The notes under the pieces are model-generated. The model was given only the letters and a program-made list of their open reading frames with translations, was not told the origin of the DNA and did no database searches. 64,000 nt of DNA. Source: Spirochaetia bacterium (GTDB taxonomy: Bacteria > Spirochaetota > Spirochaetia > UBA9216). Position 1 is the stretch's first letter; each line of letters opens with the position of its first letter. The position numbers and the translations under genes are program-made. The stretch spans positions 1 through 64,000 of the forward strand of contig OY776510.1 of assembly GCA_963675665.1 (NCBI GenBank), given 5' to 3'. Positions 29,141 to 37,892 of this stretch are shown piece after piece.

Positions 29141-29756
29141 TTCATGTGCATGAGCTACGGCTATGTTTACGTAGCATCAATTGCTTTGGGCGCCAACAGG
29201 GCACAGGCCCAGAAAGCCATCATGGAAGCCGAAGCATACGACGGACCTTCAATCATCTTTGCTTACGCTCCGTGTATCAACCACGGTATTGATATGTCCA
29301 AATCACAGCTTGAAGAAAAGCGTGCGGTAGATTCAGGATACTGGCCTCTGTACCGCTACAACCCGGCTGCCGAAGAAGGCAAGAAGTTCACCTGGGAAAC
29401 CAAGGACCCGACCGCTTCATACCAGGACTTCATCAGAAGTGAAAGACGCTACACAGCGCTTCAGACAACCAACCCTGAACACGCTGAAGAACTCTTCGCA
29501 AGGGCTGAAGAAGACGCCAAAAAGAGGATGGCTTTCTACAAGAAGCTTGGGGATATAATGTAAGACTTTTATCTCCGATAAAAGTCTTCAGGAGTTTCGC
29601 CTTCGGCGAAACGTCCATAATATTTAATTCCGATAACGGGCCGTGCATCATCGGGTGTGCGGCCTTTTTATTTGGCCATACTACTGCTTGACAAATTTTG
29701 CCACTGATTTCCACGAATAAATATTGGGTATACGCAAGGCAGAGATTATTAAGAAA
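29141..29756 (+). repeat. right copy of the ~615-bp direct repeat
   Basis: matches 8923-9537. Confidence 0.95.
29144..29563 (+). pseudogene. nifJ: 5'-truncated por fragment (last 139 codons)
   Basis: nearly identical to the por C-terminus (IALG vs IAMG, TASY vs TESF); no RBS. Confidence 0.9.
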
Positions 29757-29874
29757 TGTTATAAAGCGATAGTTTTGCTTTGAGCTTAAACTTTGACTTT
29801 TACCTTTGTTTCTATACGTAAGTTTGTTGTTGTTTATTACGTATAATAATTTTCTAATCTTCATCACTGTATAT

Positions 29875-30090
29875 TTATACCATTTTGGTAATAAGCCCTG
29901 CAATCCCGGTCCAGTTTTCCGCAGCCTGTTTATACAATTCGGCTCCCCTTTCCAGGCTGCGTTCGCCGGAAAGATACTCCCGGGACTCATTCAGAAAAGC
30001 TGTAAAAAGATTTCTGAAAATTGTCCCGCCGGTTCCGTCATTACCCGTTAGTTCCGCCTGATCAAAAAGATCCTTTTTCGGATTCGGCAC
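29875..30090 (-). pseudogene. fragment resembling the DUF4872/BtrH-family C-terminus
   Basis: GTGGTIFRNLFTAFLNES...YKQAAENW; no N-terminal part. Confidence 0.45.
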
Positions 30091-30144
30091 AGCATCCGAT
30101 AAACGGAAGATTCATAAAACTCATCCATTTTGAAATTGTATTAT

Positions 30145-30549
30145 TCATCCCGAATGCTTCGCGATATACTCCAAAGCTGCGGCGGCAAGAAAGCCGGAGC
30201 GGGTCTCTCCGACTGAATCGGCATAACCGTCGATTCTGGAAAGTACGCTCTCTGAAAAGGTGACGTTTATCCGACGGGCAGGCTTCGATAATTTAGTAAT
30301 ATCTACCTCACAGACAGCCCATATGTAATCAGGATTTTTATTTTTATCTTTCAGAACTTCAATTTCGGAAGGCGTATTAAGTACCTCGTCATCCATAAGC
30401 AGCCCCTCTATATGAGTCAGAATAGCTTCACGTGCGTTGCTTATCGCTTCATCCAGGGTGGTACCGGCTGAGAAGCAACCGGGCAGATCGGGGATCGTTA
30501 CACCATAATCAGAATCTTTATCTTTTTCTATAAATACCGGATATCTCAT
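30145..30549 (-). CDS. hicB: HicB antitoxin
   Basis: YPVFIEKD..YGVTIPDLPGCFSAG, RRINVT..RID..ETRSGFLA; GGAGG RBS. Confidence 0.92.
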   Translation of the reverse strand: MRYPVFIEKDKDSDYGVTIPDLPGCFSAGTTLDEAISNAREAILTHIEGLLMDDEVLNTPSEIEVLKDKNKNPDYIWAVCEVDITKLSKPARRINVTFSESVLSRIDGYADSVGETRSGFLAAAALEYIAKHSG

Positions 30550-30740
30550 TTGTGCCTCCATTCAATATCAGCCTGTCTGAAAATACTTCTAAGCGTACCG
30601 ACAGGCAAATCTGATTTAGGATGCGGTATTGTAATCTTACCTTTTTTGTCCGGATGCTTGAACTGATAATGAGAACCGCGCACATTATAAAGATACCATC
30701 CATCCTGCTTAAGTACATTCATAACATCTGCACTTTTTAT
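30546..30740 (-). CDS. hicA: HicA toxin (missed by the ORF track; ATA at the expected start)
   Basis: hand translation (I/M)KSADVMNVLKQDGWYLYNVRGSHYQFKHPDKKGKITIPHPKSDLPVGTLRSIFRQA; stop overlaps the hicB ATG. Confidence 0.85.
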   Translation of the reverse strand: MKSADVMNVLKQDGWYLYNVRGSHYQFKHPDKKGKITIPHPKSDLPVGTLRSIFRQADIEWRHK

Positions 30741-30797
30741 ATCTCAAAATACACACTATACACACTTTTATCAAGATTTCGATCTTCCTGCGGTTCG

Positions 30798-31676
30798 TCA
30801 TTGAAGTTCCAGTTCAATCCAGGAACTTTTCATACTCTCGACCAGCTCTTTGAGAGGAAGGACAGAATCCGGGGCCTTCAGCCACGGGTGCTCCCTGAAA
30901 GAATCCCCGACCCGTTTTTCAAGAATGCGATCAGCATGTTCCGAATAGCTTTGCACATGGACCTTAACTTTATCAAGATGCTCCTGAGAAAACCTGAAGG
31001 TTTCCGGGTTGACATATCCCTGCCTGATTAGATTCATGGTTTTTTTTCTGCAGGTACATACTCCGTCGGAATTTATCAGGCTGCAGTTGCCGTTCATATA
31101 GTTTAATATTTTTTTCCGTGAGCGGGAAAGGCGTTTCCGGAAATTATCAGGAGTTATCTCCAGAACACCGGCGCCTGTTACGGAATCAATCCCCATAACT
31201 GCCCCGAGAATAAAGGACAGTCTGTTTCCGCGTTCCAGACAAAGCAGCATTCCCATCTGGCATTGCACCTTTGTCTCTTCTTCCAGAAGATGCTGTTTAT
31301 CTTTTGAATATGAAGATAACATGTCCGGGGAAGAATTATCCGGAAGGTTTTCAATAAACTCTCTGTGATCTTCAAATGAAGCAAACATTTCTTCATGCTT
31401 TGAACGTTTCATGTTCAGCATATGGTTAACAGCAATCCGGTATAACCAGGTCCTGAAGCTGCTTTCTCCCCTGAAAGATGAAAGGTTTGTAATCATTTTG
31501 ATCAGAATTTCCTGTACAGCATCTTCTGCAGTGAAGGGGTCGCCGGTAAACCTTACAGTAATATTATATATATAATCCCGGTAGAGTTTAATAACGGTCT
31601 CCAGGGCGGAATAACTTCCAGCCCTGGCCGCCGTAATATATTCCAGTATCATTTCGTCATTATCAGGCAATTTCAT
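30798..31676 (-). CDS. ECF sigma-70 factor with Cys-rich C-terminal extension
   Basis: AEDAVQEI, FRGESSFRTWLYRIAVN, NFRKRLSRSR, then NCSLIN..CTC. Confidence 0.87.
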   Translation of the reverse strand: MKLPDNDEMILEYITAARAGSYSALETVIKLYRDYIYNITVRFTGDPFTAEDAVQEILIKMITNLSSFRGESSFRTWLYRIAVNHMLNMKRSKHEEMFASFEDHREFIENLPDNSSPDMLSSYSKDKQHLLEEETKVQCQMGMLLCLERGNRLSFILGAVMGIDSVTGAGVLEITPDNFRKRLSRSRKKILNYMNGNCSLINSDGVCTCRKKTMNLIRQGYVNPETFRFSQEHLDKVKVHVQSYSEHADRILEKRVGDSFREHPWLKAPDSVLPLKELVESMKSSWIELELQ

Positions 31677-32223
31677 CGGCCATTCTTTGAGCGATCACCT
31701 CGGCTCTTTCTGTAAAATCAGGATTGAAAGATCCGGCAACAGTAAACTGCTTCAGGCTTCTGCACCTCAGCATATTACAGAATCTGCTGTAAAATTGGGA
31801 CAATAAATCCGTATTTCCGGCTTCATTTCCCGAACAAGTCGTTAGGGAAATGATATCCTTATTTACAAGAAAGGAATAATGAGCCGGAGTTTTATAATCT
31901 TTTACCAGGCAAAGGTGCCTGTCCATAAATGTTTTCATCTGGCTGCTTACATCCCAGCCGTAAAGCGGGGAAGCGTATACCAGTATATCAGCATTTATCA
32001 ACTCGTTGAATATTGCCGGAACATCATCTTTCTGGATACATCCGGGTTCTTCCTTTTTTTGGGTACAGGCCATACAGCCTTTGCATCCGTTTACATTATA
32101 ATCTACAATATCGATCCTCTTTACATTATGTCCCTGCTGTTTTATTTTTTCCTCAAAAAGCCCCAATACGGAAGCAGTTTTACCGTTTTTTTTCGGACTG
32201 CCCAGAATAGTCAGAATTTTCAT
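31663..32223 (-). CDS. flavodoxin-fold NADPH-dependent FMN reductase/iron-sulfur flavoprotein
   Basis: ILGSPKKNGKT, CKGCMAC..CIQKDD, ASPLY, MKTFMDR. Confidence 0.87.
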   Translation of the reverse strand: MKILTILGSPKKNGKTASVLGLFEEKIKQQGHNVKRIDIVDYNVNGCKGCMACTQKKEEPGCIQKDDVPAIFNELINADILVYASPLYGWDVSSQMKTFMDRHLCLVKDYKTPAHYSFLVNKDIISLTTCSGNEAGNTDLLSQFYSRFCNMLRCRSLKQFTVAGSFNPDFTERAEVIAQRMADEIA

Positions 32224-32258
32224 TTTTACTCCTTATGTTTTATGGTTTCTGATTATTT

Positions 32259-32284
32259 AGACACATTGAAAATCTGTTTGTGAC
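32259..32284 (-). promoter_or_regulatory. candidate ECF-type promoter
   Basis: GTCACA-N16-GTCT upstream of the flavoprotein-sigma operon. Confidence 0.4.
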
Positions 32285-32381
32285 CGGATATTAAATGAAA
32301 TGATACAAATCACTCGTCAAACTGGTTTACACAGGATCTTGTATTTTCAAATATGATATCATAAGAACAATTTGGGGTTCA

Positions 32382-32807
32382 CTATTCAGTCTTCTTCCAT
32401 ATTAATTGTAATACCATGTTTTTATTTAAATCATTTTGTGGTATTGCTGTTGTAATCAAAATATTGCCTTTCACTTCAAATTTACTGTTATGACTCTCTT
32501 CATTCATCAGATTCGGAAGAAAACTTGACATTACCATATGACAAACCACATCATCTTCAATTCGATATTTACCGGCATAAGCAATAAAATTTCTGGAAAT
32601 TGCCAGACGTTCAGCATCAGAAATTCCCCGGGTTGCAGTTGAGGATACTTCCGGTCTGCCTTCTCCCGAAATAACACCGGACATATATCCATTTTCATGA
32701 TATATTACCAAACCGTTTACGTCTCTTCCAAACGGATAACTTACAATTTTTTCTTTTTCTGTAAATGTTAGTGATTTTAATTCCCATGTTCCGACTATTT
32801 CCGACAT
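32382..32807 (-). CDS. lipocalin-like domain protein
   Basis: IVGTWELKS, YPFG..G.VIY..GYMS, AYAGKY. Confidence 0.8.
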   Translation of the reverse strand: MSEIVGTWELKSLTFTEKEKIVSYPFGRDVNGLVIYHENGYMSGVISGEGRPEVSSTATRGISDAERLAISRNFIAYAGKYRIEDDVVCHMVMSSFLPNLMNEESHNSKFEVKGNILITTAIPQNDLNKNMVLQLIWKKTE

Positions 32808-32809
32808 TT

Positions 32810-33688
32810 TTAGCCTCCTTTTATGCTGCTCTCAATCGGAGATAATATTTTAATATTGGATTCGTCTATTTCAGGATCATCTAAAATAATTTTATTAATT
32901 TTTTCAGCGACCAGTTTTCCTTTAACAGGATTTTTGACACTATTAATTGTTCCTATGATTTCTGCATCCAAATCTGAATACTCAAAACATAAATCAGCAT
33001 CCACCATCATACAATTTCTCATCACAAGATTCTCTGCATAACAAAGAGGCTGGGTCCCCATTATTACACAATCTATTAAGGTGAGATTTTTTGAATACCA
33101 CCCTAAATAAGCACCTTTCAATTCAGAATCATAAACTGTGACATTTTTCGAATTCCAGAAAGTATCTTTCGAGTCCAATTTGCAATTTTTAAGCACTACA
33201 TTTTCATTATTCTGAAAAGAATAATTCCCCGTCAAAGTCAGATTTTTGATTTCTATATTTCTGCTGAAATACAGTAAATAGTCACTATCTATGGAAGTAT
33301 CAAAAATATTAACATCTTTACAGTGCCACAGGATTTCCGCTCCATTTATTCTCGTATTTCGGAGACAAACCGCCTTCGAATCACGAAGAAACTTCGGGGC
33401 ATTTATTGTGCAGTTATTGATACTGACTCTGTCGGAATACCATACAGCGGCCCTGCATTCTTCATTAAAAGCACAATCTTTTATCTTCACTCCCCTGTTA
33501 TGCCATAAAGGATATTTACCCCAAAAACGGCATCTGTTTACAGAGATATCCATACACTCTTTTAATGCGGATTCACCTTCCTGAAAATCGCAATTAGAAA
33601 AGAATAGATTTTTGGTTTTAAACAGGGGGCGTTCCCCCTTGAATATTTGATTCTCATATAAAGAGTCATTACTTATGCTTGTTTTCAT
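32810..33688 (-). CDS. DUF3737-family beta-helix protein
   Basis: GERPLF, GESALKE, GKYPLWH, YLGWYSKN, TQPLCY, DLCFEYS. Confidence 0.85.
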   Translation of the reverse strand: MKTSISNDSLYENQIFKGERPLFKTKNLFFSNCDFQEGESALKECMDISVNRCRFWGKYPLWHNRGVKIKDCAFNEECRAAVWYSDRVSINNCTINAPKFLRDSKAVCLRNTRINGAEILWHCKDVNIFDTSIDSDYLLYFSRNIEIKNLTLTGNYSFQNNENVVLKNCKLDSKDTFWNSKNVTVYDSELKGAYLGWYSKNLTLIDCVIMGTQPLCYAENLVMRNCMMVDADLCFEYSDLDAEIIGTINSVKNPVKGKLVAEKINKIILDDPEIDESNIKILSPIESSIKGG

Positions 33689-33696
33689 TTCAAGAA

Positions 33697-34506
33697 TCAG
33701 CCCGCCATTCTTTTCAAAAGCGCGGTAAACATTGGAAAAGGCAGAATTTTACGGATTCTCCAGAACGTTTTTGCGTCACTTCCTGCCAGATACCTTAATC
33801 TGTCATTTTTATCCGTTGCTGCTCTGTAAATTTCTTTGGAAACCACAACCGGATCATTTAAACGATCACGCCTTTCTTCATACCCTTTCAACCGTTTATC
33901 AAGAGTTTCAGCATAAGATGGAACATCATCCTTCCTGACAATAATAGCATTAGATGCAAAATTGGTATTAATAGCACCAGGCTCAACAATTTTGATTTTA
34001 ATTCCCAGTTTTAATAATTCAAAGCGGATGGACTCACTAAATCCTTCAACGGCCCACTTTGCTGAAGCATAAAAACTGCTTAACGGCATACCAATCAATC
34101 CGCCGAGAGAACTTACATTGACTATAACCCCTTTCTCTTTTTCTCTGAATACAGGGATAATCTCTCGTGTAACATTCATAACACCGAAAACATCTACATC
34201 AAATAAATCCCTGATTTGTTCTGCTGTTGCACCTTCAAAAGCACCTGTCAGACTGTATGCTGCATTATTTACCAGAACATCAATGGTACCGAATTTCACT
34301 TTAATGCTTTGTATTGCAGATTTGATAGAATCAATATCAGTAACATCAAGTTTAAAACATGAAATATTGCCATACTTTTTTAATTCTTTCTCATTCTCCG
34401 GTGTTCGCATAGTTGCAGCAACATTCCAATTCTTTTCATGAAAGTAAATTGCTGTTCTTTTTCCTATACCGGAAGAAGCTCCTGTAATTAATACCGTTTT
34501 CTTCAT
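33697..34506 (-). CDS. SDR oxidoreductase
   Basis: TGASSGIG, NNAA, YASAK. Confidence 0.92.
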   Translation of the reverse strand: MKKTVLITGASSGIGKRTAIYFHEKNWNVAATMRTPENEKELKKYGNISCFKLDVTDIDSIKSAIQSIKVKFGTIDVLVNNAAYSLTGAFEGATAEQIRDLFDVDVFGVMNVTREIIPVFREKEKGVIVNVSSLGGLIGMPLSSFYASAKWAVEGFSESIRFELLKLGIKIKIVEPGAINTNFASNAIIVRKDDVPSYAETLDKRLKGYEERRDRLNDPVVVSKEIYRAATDKNDRLRYLAGSDAKTFWRIRKILPFPMFTALLKRMAG

Positions 34507-34518
34507 AATTCTTCCTAT

Positions 34519-34537
34519 GTTAGTTCTACAAACTAAC
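34519..34537. promoter_or_regulatory. palindromic operator (candidate MarR site); second copy at 34981-34999
   Basis: GTTAGTT-N5-AACTAAC in front of the SDR gene and GTTAGTT-N5-AACTATA in front of marR. Confidence 0.65.
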
Positions 34538-34552
34538 TAATGAGATAAAAAA

Positions 34553-34966
34553 TTATATTCTCTTTAACAAAGAGATTAAATTCTGAAGCTCTTTCGCTTC
34601 AAATTTTTCAGAAATTTCCCTTGAAAAATCTTCAAAAATCTTGTTATGTGATTCAATTATTTTTTTACTTTTCAAGGTAAGGCTTAAATGAAACACACGT
34701 CTATCATCGGGAGATCTGCTTTTTTTGACATACTCTCCTTTTATCATATTATCAATCATGATAGTAACAGTCGGCTTGCTTAGTTCCATATAGCCGGCTA
34801 ATTCCATAAAAGTAGGTTCTCCAAGCCTGGAAATAGATTCTATATACCTGTAATAAGAGAATGAAAAATCATCCAGCTGAATCTTTTTTATTTCGTTTTC
34901 TTTCAATTTGGATAATTTTTGTGAGATTCCCTGTAAAATAAATAACAATTCTTCATTGGTCTTCAT
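34553..34966 (-). CDS. MarR-family regulator
   Basis: ELA..LSKPTVT..I..GYV...DDRR...LT. Confidence 0.9.
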   Translation of the reverse strand: MKTNEELLFILQGISQKLSKLKENEIKKIQLDDFSFSYYRYIESISRLGEPTFMELAGYMELSKPTVTIMIDNMIKGEYVKKSRSPDDRRVFHLSLTLKSKKIIESHNKIFEDFSREISEKFEAKELQNLISLLKRI

Positions 34967-35148
34967 ATAAACTCATATTAGTTAGTTTTTAAAACTATAC
35001 ATAATTTCAAACCAAAAGTCAAGCAAAAATCATACGGAAAAGGGGCCTCATTCCGAGACGGATGCGCTCCCTTTTCCGTTTTCAGTCTACATTATTACAT
35101 CCGACAACTTTACCATGAATTGCTTCGCAGCTTCTTCCCGAAAAGCAA

Positions 35149-37302
35149 TTAAATTCCCCAGTCAAGAGATTCATAATCGGAAGGCTCCAGCAGCTCCAGG
35201 GCCGTCCTTGCCTTAACCTGCGCTTTTATAAAACAGCGGATTGATTCAGCAATCAGACCCAATCCGGCGCTGCCGTAGTCAGGATCATCAAAGGCCCCTG
35301 ATGGTATGTTGATTTTATCCCTGCCTTCCTGTAAAAGGGATTTGCCGTTATTCAGTATATCCTTTATATAAATCAGTGAATTTCTATTGGTTACCCGGTG
35401 TTTTTCTTTCGCCAGAATTTTCTCAACAGTAATGATATCGTTTGCAGCTACTTCTTCAGCATATTTCATTGCCGTTTCCGGGCTTTCAGCAAGTTTCATT
35501 TCCCAAAATGCGTTTGAAGAATTATACATGGGACAAAAACTTGCCAGGAAAGGGCTGCTCGGATTAATGCCGCGTCTGGCCTCCCCGATACATACCGAGA
35601 ATATGCCGTTATCTCCATTGTCCGGTTTTGTTACTGTAATTACACCGTTACTGGAATTTCCGATTGAAGCCTGTCCCCATGATCCGCTTTTTTTATACTT
35701 CCTGTTCAGCTGTTTCCATGAATCTTCCGGCATTTCCGCTGAACTTCGATACATCTTTTTCATATATTCCATGTCGATTTTGCCTTTCCGGCTGTCAAGC
35801 ATATTAAAACTGTAGTTATTCCTTTTACGGGAACCGGCGTACATTCCCCTTAAAGACCACGCGGCCTGGGCTTCTCCTCCTTTAAAAAGAGCGGCCAGCG
35901 TGAAACCTTCAACATTCTCTGGATACCATCCGCCGTGTTCATCCCAATGCCAGTCCTTACTGCTCTTCTGATCTATCTTCATCCAGCCGGCCTGCGACGC
36001 TTCTTTATGCATGGCGCTGTTATTCGCATATAAAAAATCTTTCTCACCCATATGCCCTGCTTCCCTGCATATGACGGGATCTTTTCTGCTTTCGAGGACA
36101 TATCCGTAGTTCCTGTCGGCATAGAACCCGCCTATTGTGCCGTTATCCATTCCCGCATCGCCGACAGGCCAGCCCTTTTCCATTTCCCTTGCCTGTTCGG
36201 CAGAATCGGCGAACCTGAGAATATGGAGAACAGAAGCTGCCCTGCGTAATCCGTATCCCCAGTATTTTTTAGGCTCTATTGATCGGGGCTGACCACCGTG
36301 TTCAATATAGGCCAGCCCCTTATTGTTTATCCCCGGAAAACCGAACATATGCTGGCTGCCGACCAGGGTAATATCGCCCACAGCGGAAAAAGTTACATAC
36401 ATGAAATTGTTTCCCGTATCCGGAAAAGCCGTTATTACAACAGGAAAACTGGGGTCGTGATCTCCGGAAGAACCGGTGACCAGTTCGTCGTCTGAAGTTG
36501 ACGTTCCCCAGGCAGCCACTCCCGAACATGCTATGGGCGGCGGAGCATCCGAAATCTTGTCTCCTCGCCCCATATAAGTCTTTCTGGGCGGCACATGGCC
36601 TGTCCAGATCTCCAGAACATCGTTATACGACATGGGAATACCAAGATCATTTGCACCGTCTTTCCAGCCCCTGCACATCTCAATTATTTCAGGGGTATGT
36701 TCCTTCATCTGCTTTTCCCACTCGCTGACGATTTTTAAGGCTTCGTCCGAAAAAATCCTTCCTGTCTTTTTTTCCAGGATCCAGCGGCCGAAAATTTTTA
36801 CAACCTGTTGGGCATACTGACGTCCCATATCATAGGAAGACCCCTTCAGGGTAATAACAGGGCATGTTTCCGGCACAACAGGAGCAGATTCAAAAAAATC
36901 AATTTCGGTATCCAAAGACGTCAATTCAGGCGGCATATACTGCATTGCCGTTTCCGAACCTGATTCGACTATATCAAGCAGTTCCTTTGCCTTTTTTATA
37001 CACAGATTGAACGCAGACAGCGCCATTCGCCAGTTGTCATTGTTCTTCGTTACAATTCCTGCTGAAGAATACCATCTGGCCCTTGAGCTCAGCAGCGCCA
37101 GATAATTAAATTCCTTTACTCTCATAACATAAACAGGATCGTTAATATCTATTCGTGATATTTTCATATTTATCCTGCCTAATAACATTTTAACCTGACT
37201 GAATTTCGAAAAGGCTTTCATATAATTTACATTTTTAAGCATCCACTTTGTTCTCGTTGTTGTTCGGCCTATTTTCTGGCCCCGTAAATATTTATAATCC
37301 AT
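35149..37302 (-). CDS. C45-family Ntn-hydrolase (acyltransferase/peptidase)-like protein
   Basis: LKGSSYDMGRQYA, EMCRGW, A-CSGVAAWG autoprocessing site, GINNKGL. Confidence 0.65.
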   Translation of the reverse strand: MDYKYLRGQKIGRTTTRTKWMLKNVNYMKAFSKFSQVKMLLGRINMKISRIDINDPVYVMRVKEFNYLALLSSRARWYSSAGIVTKNNDNWRMALSAFNLCIKKAKELLDIVESGSETAMQYMPPELTSLDTEIDFFESAPVVPETCPVITLKGSSYDMGRQYAQQVVKIFGRWILEKKTGRIFSDEALKIVSEWEKQMKEHTPEIIEMCRGWKDGANDLGIPMSYNDVLEIWTGHVPPRKTYMGRGDKISDAPPPIACSGVAAWGTSTSDDELVTGSSGDHDPSFPVVITAFPDTGNNFMYVTFSAVGDITLVGSQHMFGFPGINNKGLAYIEHGGQPRSIEPKKYWGYGLRRAASVLHILRFADSAEQAREMEKGWPVGDAGMDNGTIGGFYADRNYGYVLESRKDPVICREAGHMGEKDFLYANNSAMHKEASQAGWMKIDQKSSKDWHWDEHGGWYPENVEGFTLAALFKGGEAQAAWSLRGMYAGSRKRNNYSFNMLDSRKGKIDMEYMKKMYRSSAEMPEDSWKQLNRKYKKSGSWGQASIGNSSNGVITVTKPDNGDNGIFSVCIGEARRGINPSSPFLASFCPMYNSSNAFWEMKLAESPETAMKYAEEVAANDIITVEKILAKEKHRVTNRNSLIYIKDILNNGKSLLQEGRDKINIPSGAFDDPDYGSAGLGLIAESIRCFIKAQVKARTALELLEPSDYESLDWGI

Positions 37303-37349
37303 ACTGAAACTCTCCTGCTAAAAAACGGCTGTTGGAAGCATTAAATAGC

Positions 37350-37772
37350 CTACACTTTCTCTATTATCTGCCGTATCGTCTGAACAGCATCAGCAAGCCT
37401 GTCCATTTCAGAACTGTCAAGTTTTTCCAGATGTGAACTTATATTCTTCATCCTTAACTGACGCTCATTCTCAATAACAGCGGCACCCTTTTTTGTAATT
37501 TCAATATTTATCTTTCTCCTGTCGTTTGAGCTTCTTTCACGTTTTATAAATCCATCTTTTTCGAGTTTATCAACCAGAAACGTTATATTTCCCTTGGTTA
37601 CCCGAAGATGTTCTCCAATCATGTTCATAGGCAGCGGCCCGTCCCTGTAAAGAACAGCCAAAACAGCATTGCGGCTGTTTGTTGACAATAATACCGGGTC
37701 AGCCTCTTCCCTAATCAGGTTTTTATAAATCAGACCGAAAAGATCCGATATCTGACTTGATATATATTCCAA
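37350..37772 (-). CDS. MarR-family regulator
   Basis: TKGNITFLVDKLEKDGFIKR...DRR...ITKKG. Confidence 0.9.
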   Translation of the reverse strand: MEYISSQISDLFGLIYKNLIREEADPVLLSTNSRNAVLAVLYRDGPLPMNMIGEHLRVTKGNITFLVDKLEKDGFIKRERSSNDRRKINIEITKKGAAVIENERQLRMKNISSHLEKLDSSEMDRLADAVQTIRQIIEKV

Positions 37773-37892
37773 CAGATTCCTCCTCTTGAAAGTTTAATCA
37801 ATTAATTGTACAACTCTTAAACCATTTAACCATTAAATAGTACAACTATTACATCTTATTGTCAAGAAAATGAAGAATATATGGAGGAAACA

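Larger units (their letters stand above)
8923..29756. mobile_element. defence island integrated at the 3' end of por, bounded by long direct repeats
   Basis: direct repeats at both ends, AT-rich cargo, R-M/CBASS/TA/Ubl genes, no integrase seen. Confidence 0.85.

Noticed and set aside
29144-29563. independent small PFOR subunit gene
   Set aside because: begins exactly at the repeat boundary, lacks an RBS and duplicates the por C-terminus
30518-30718. 66-aa ORF upstream of hicB
   Set aside because: wrong frame; the HicA motifs (GSH, HP) lie in frame 30546-30740
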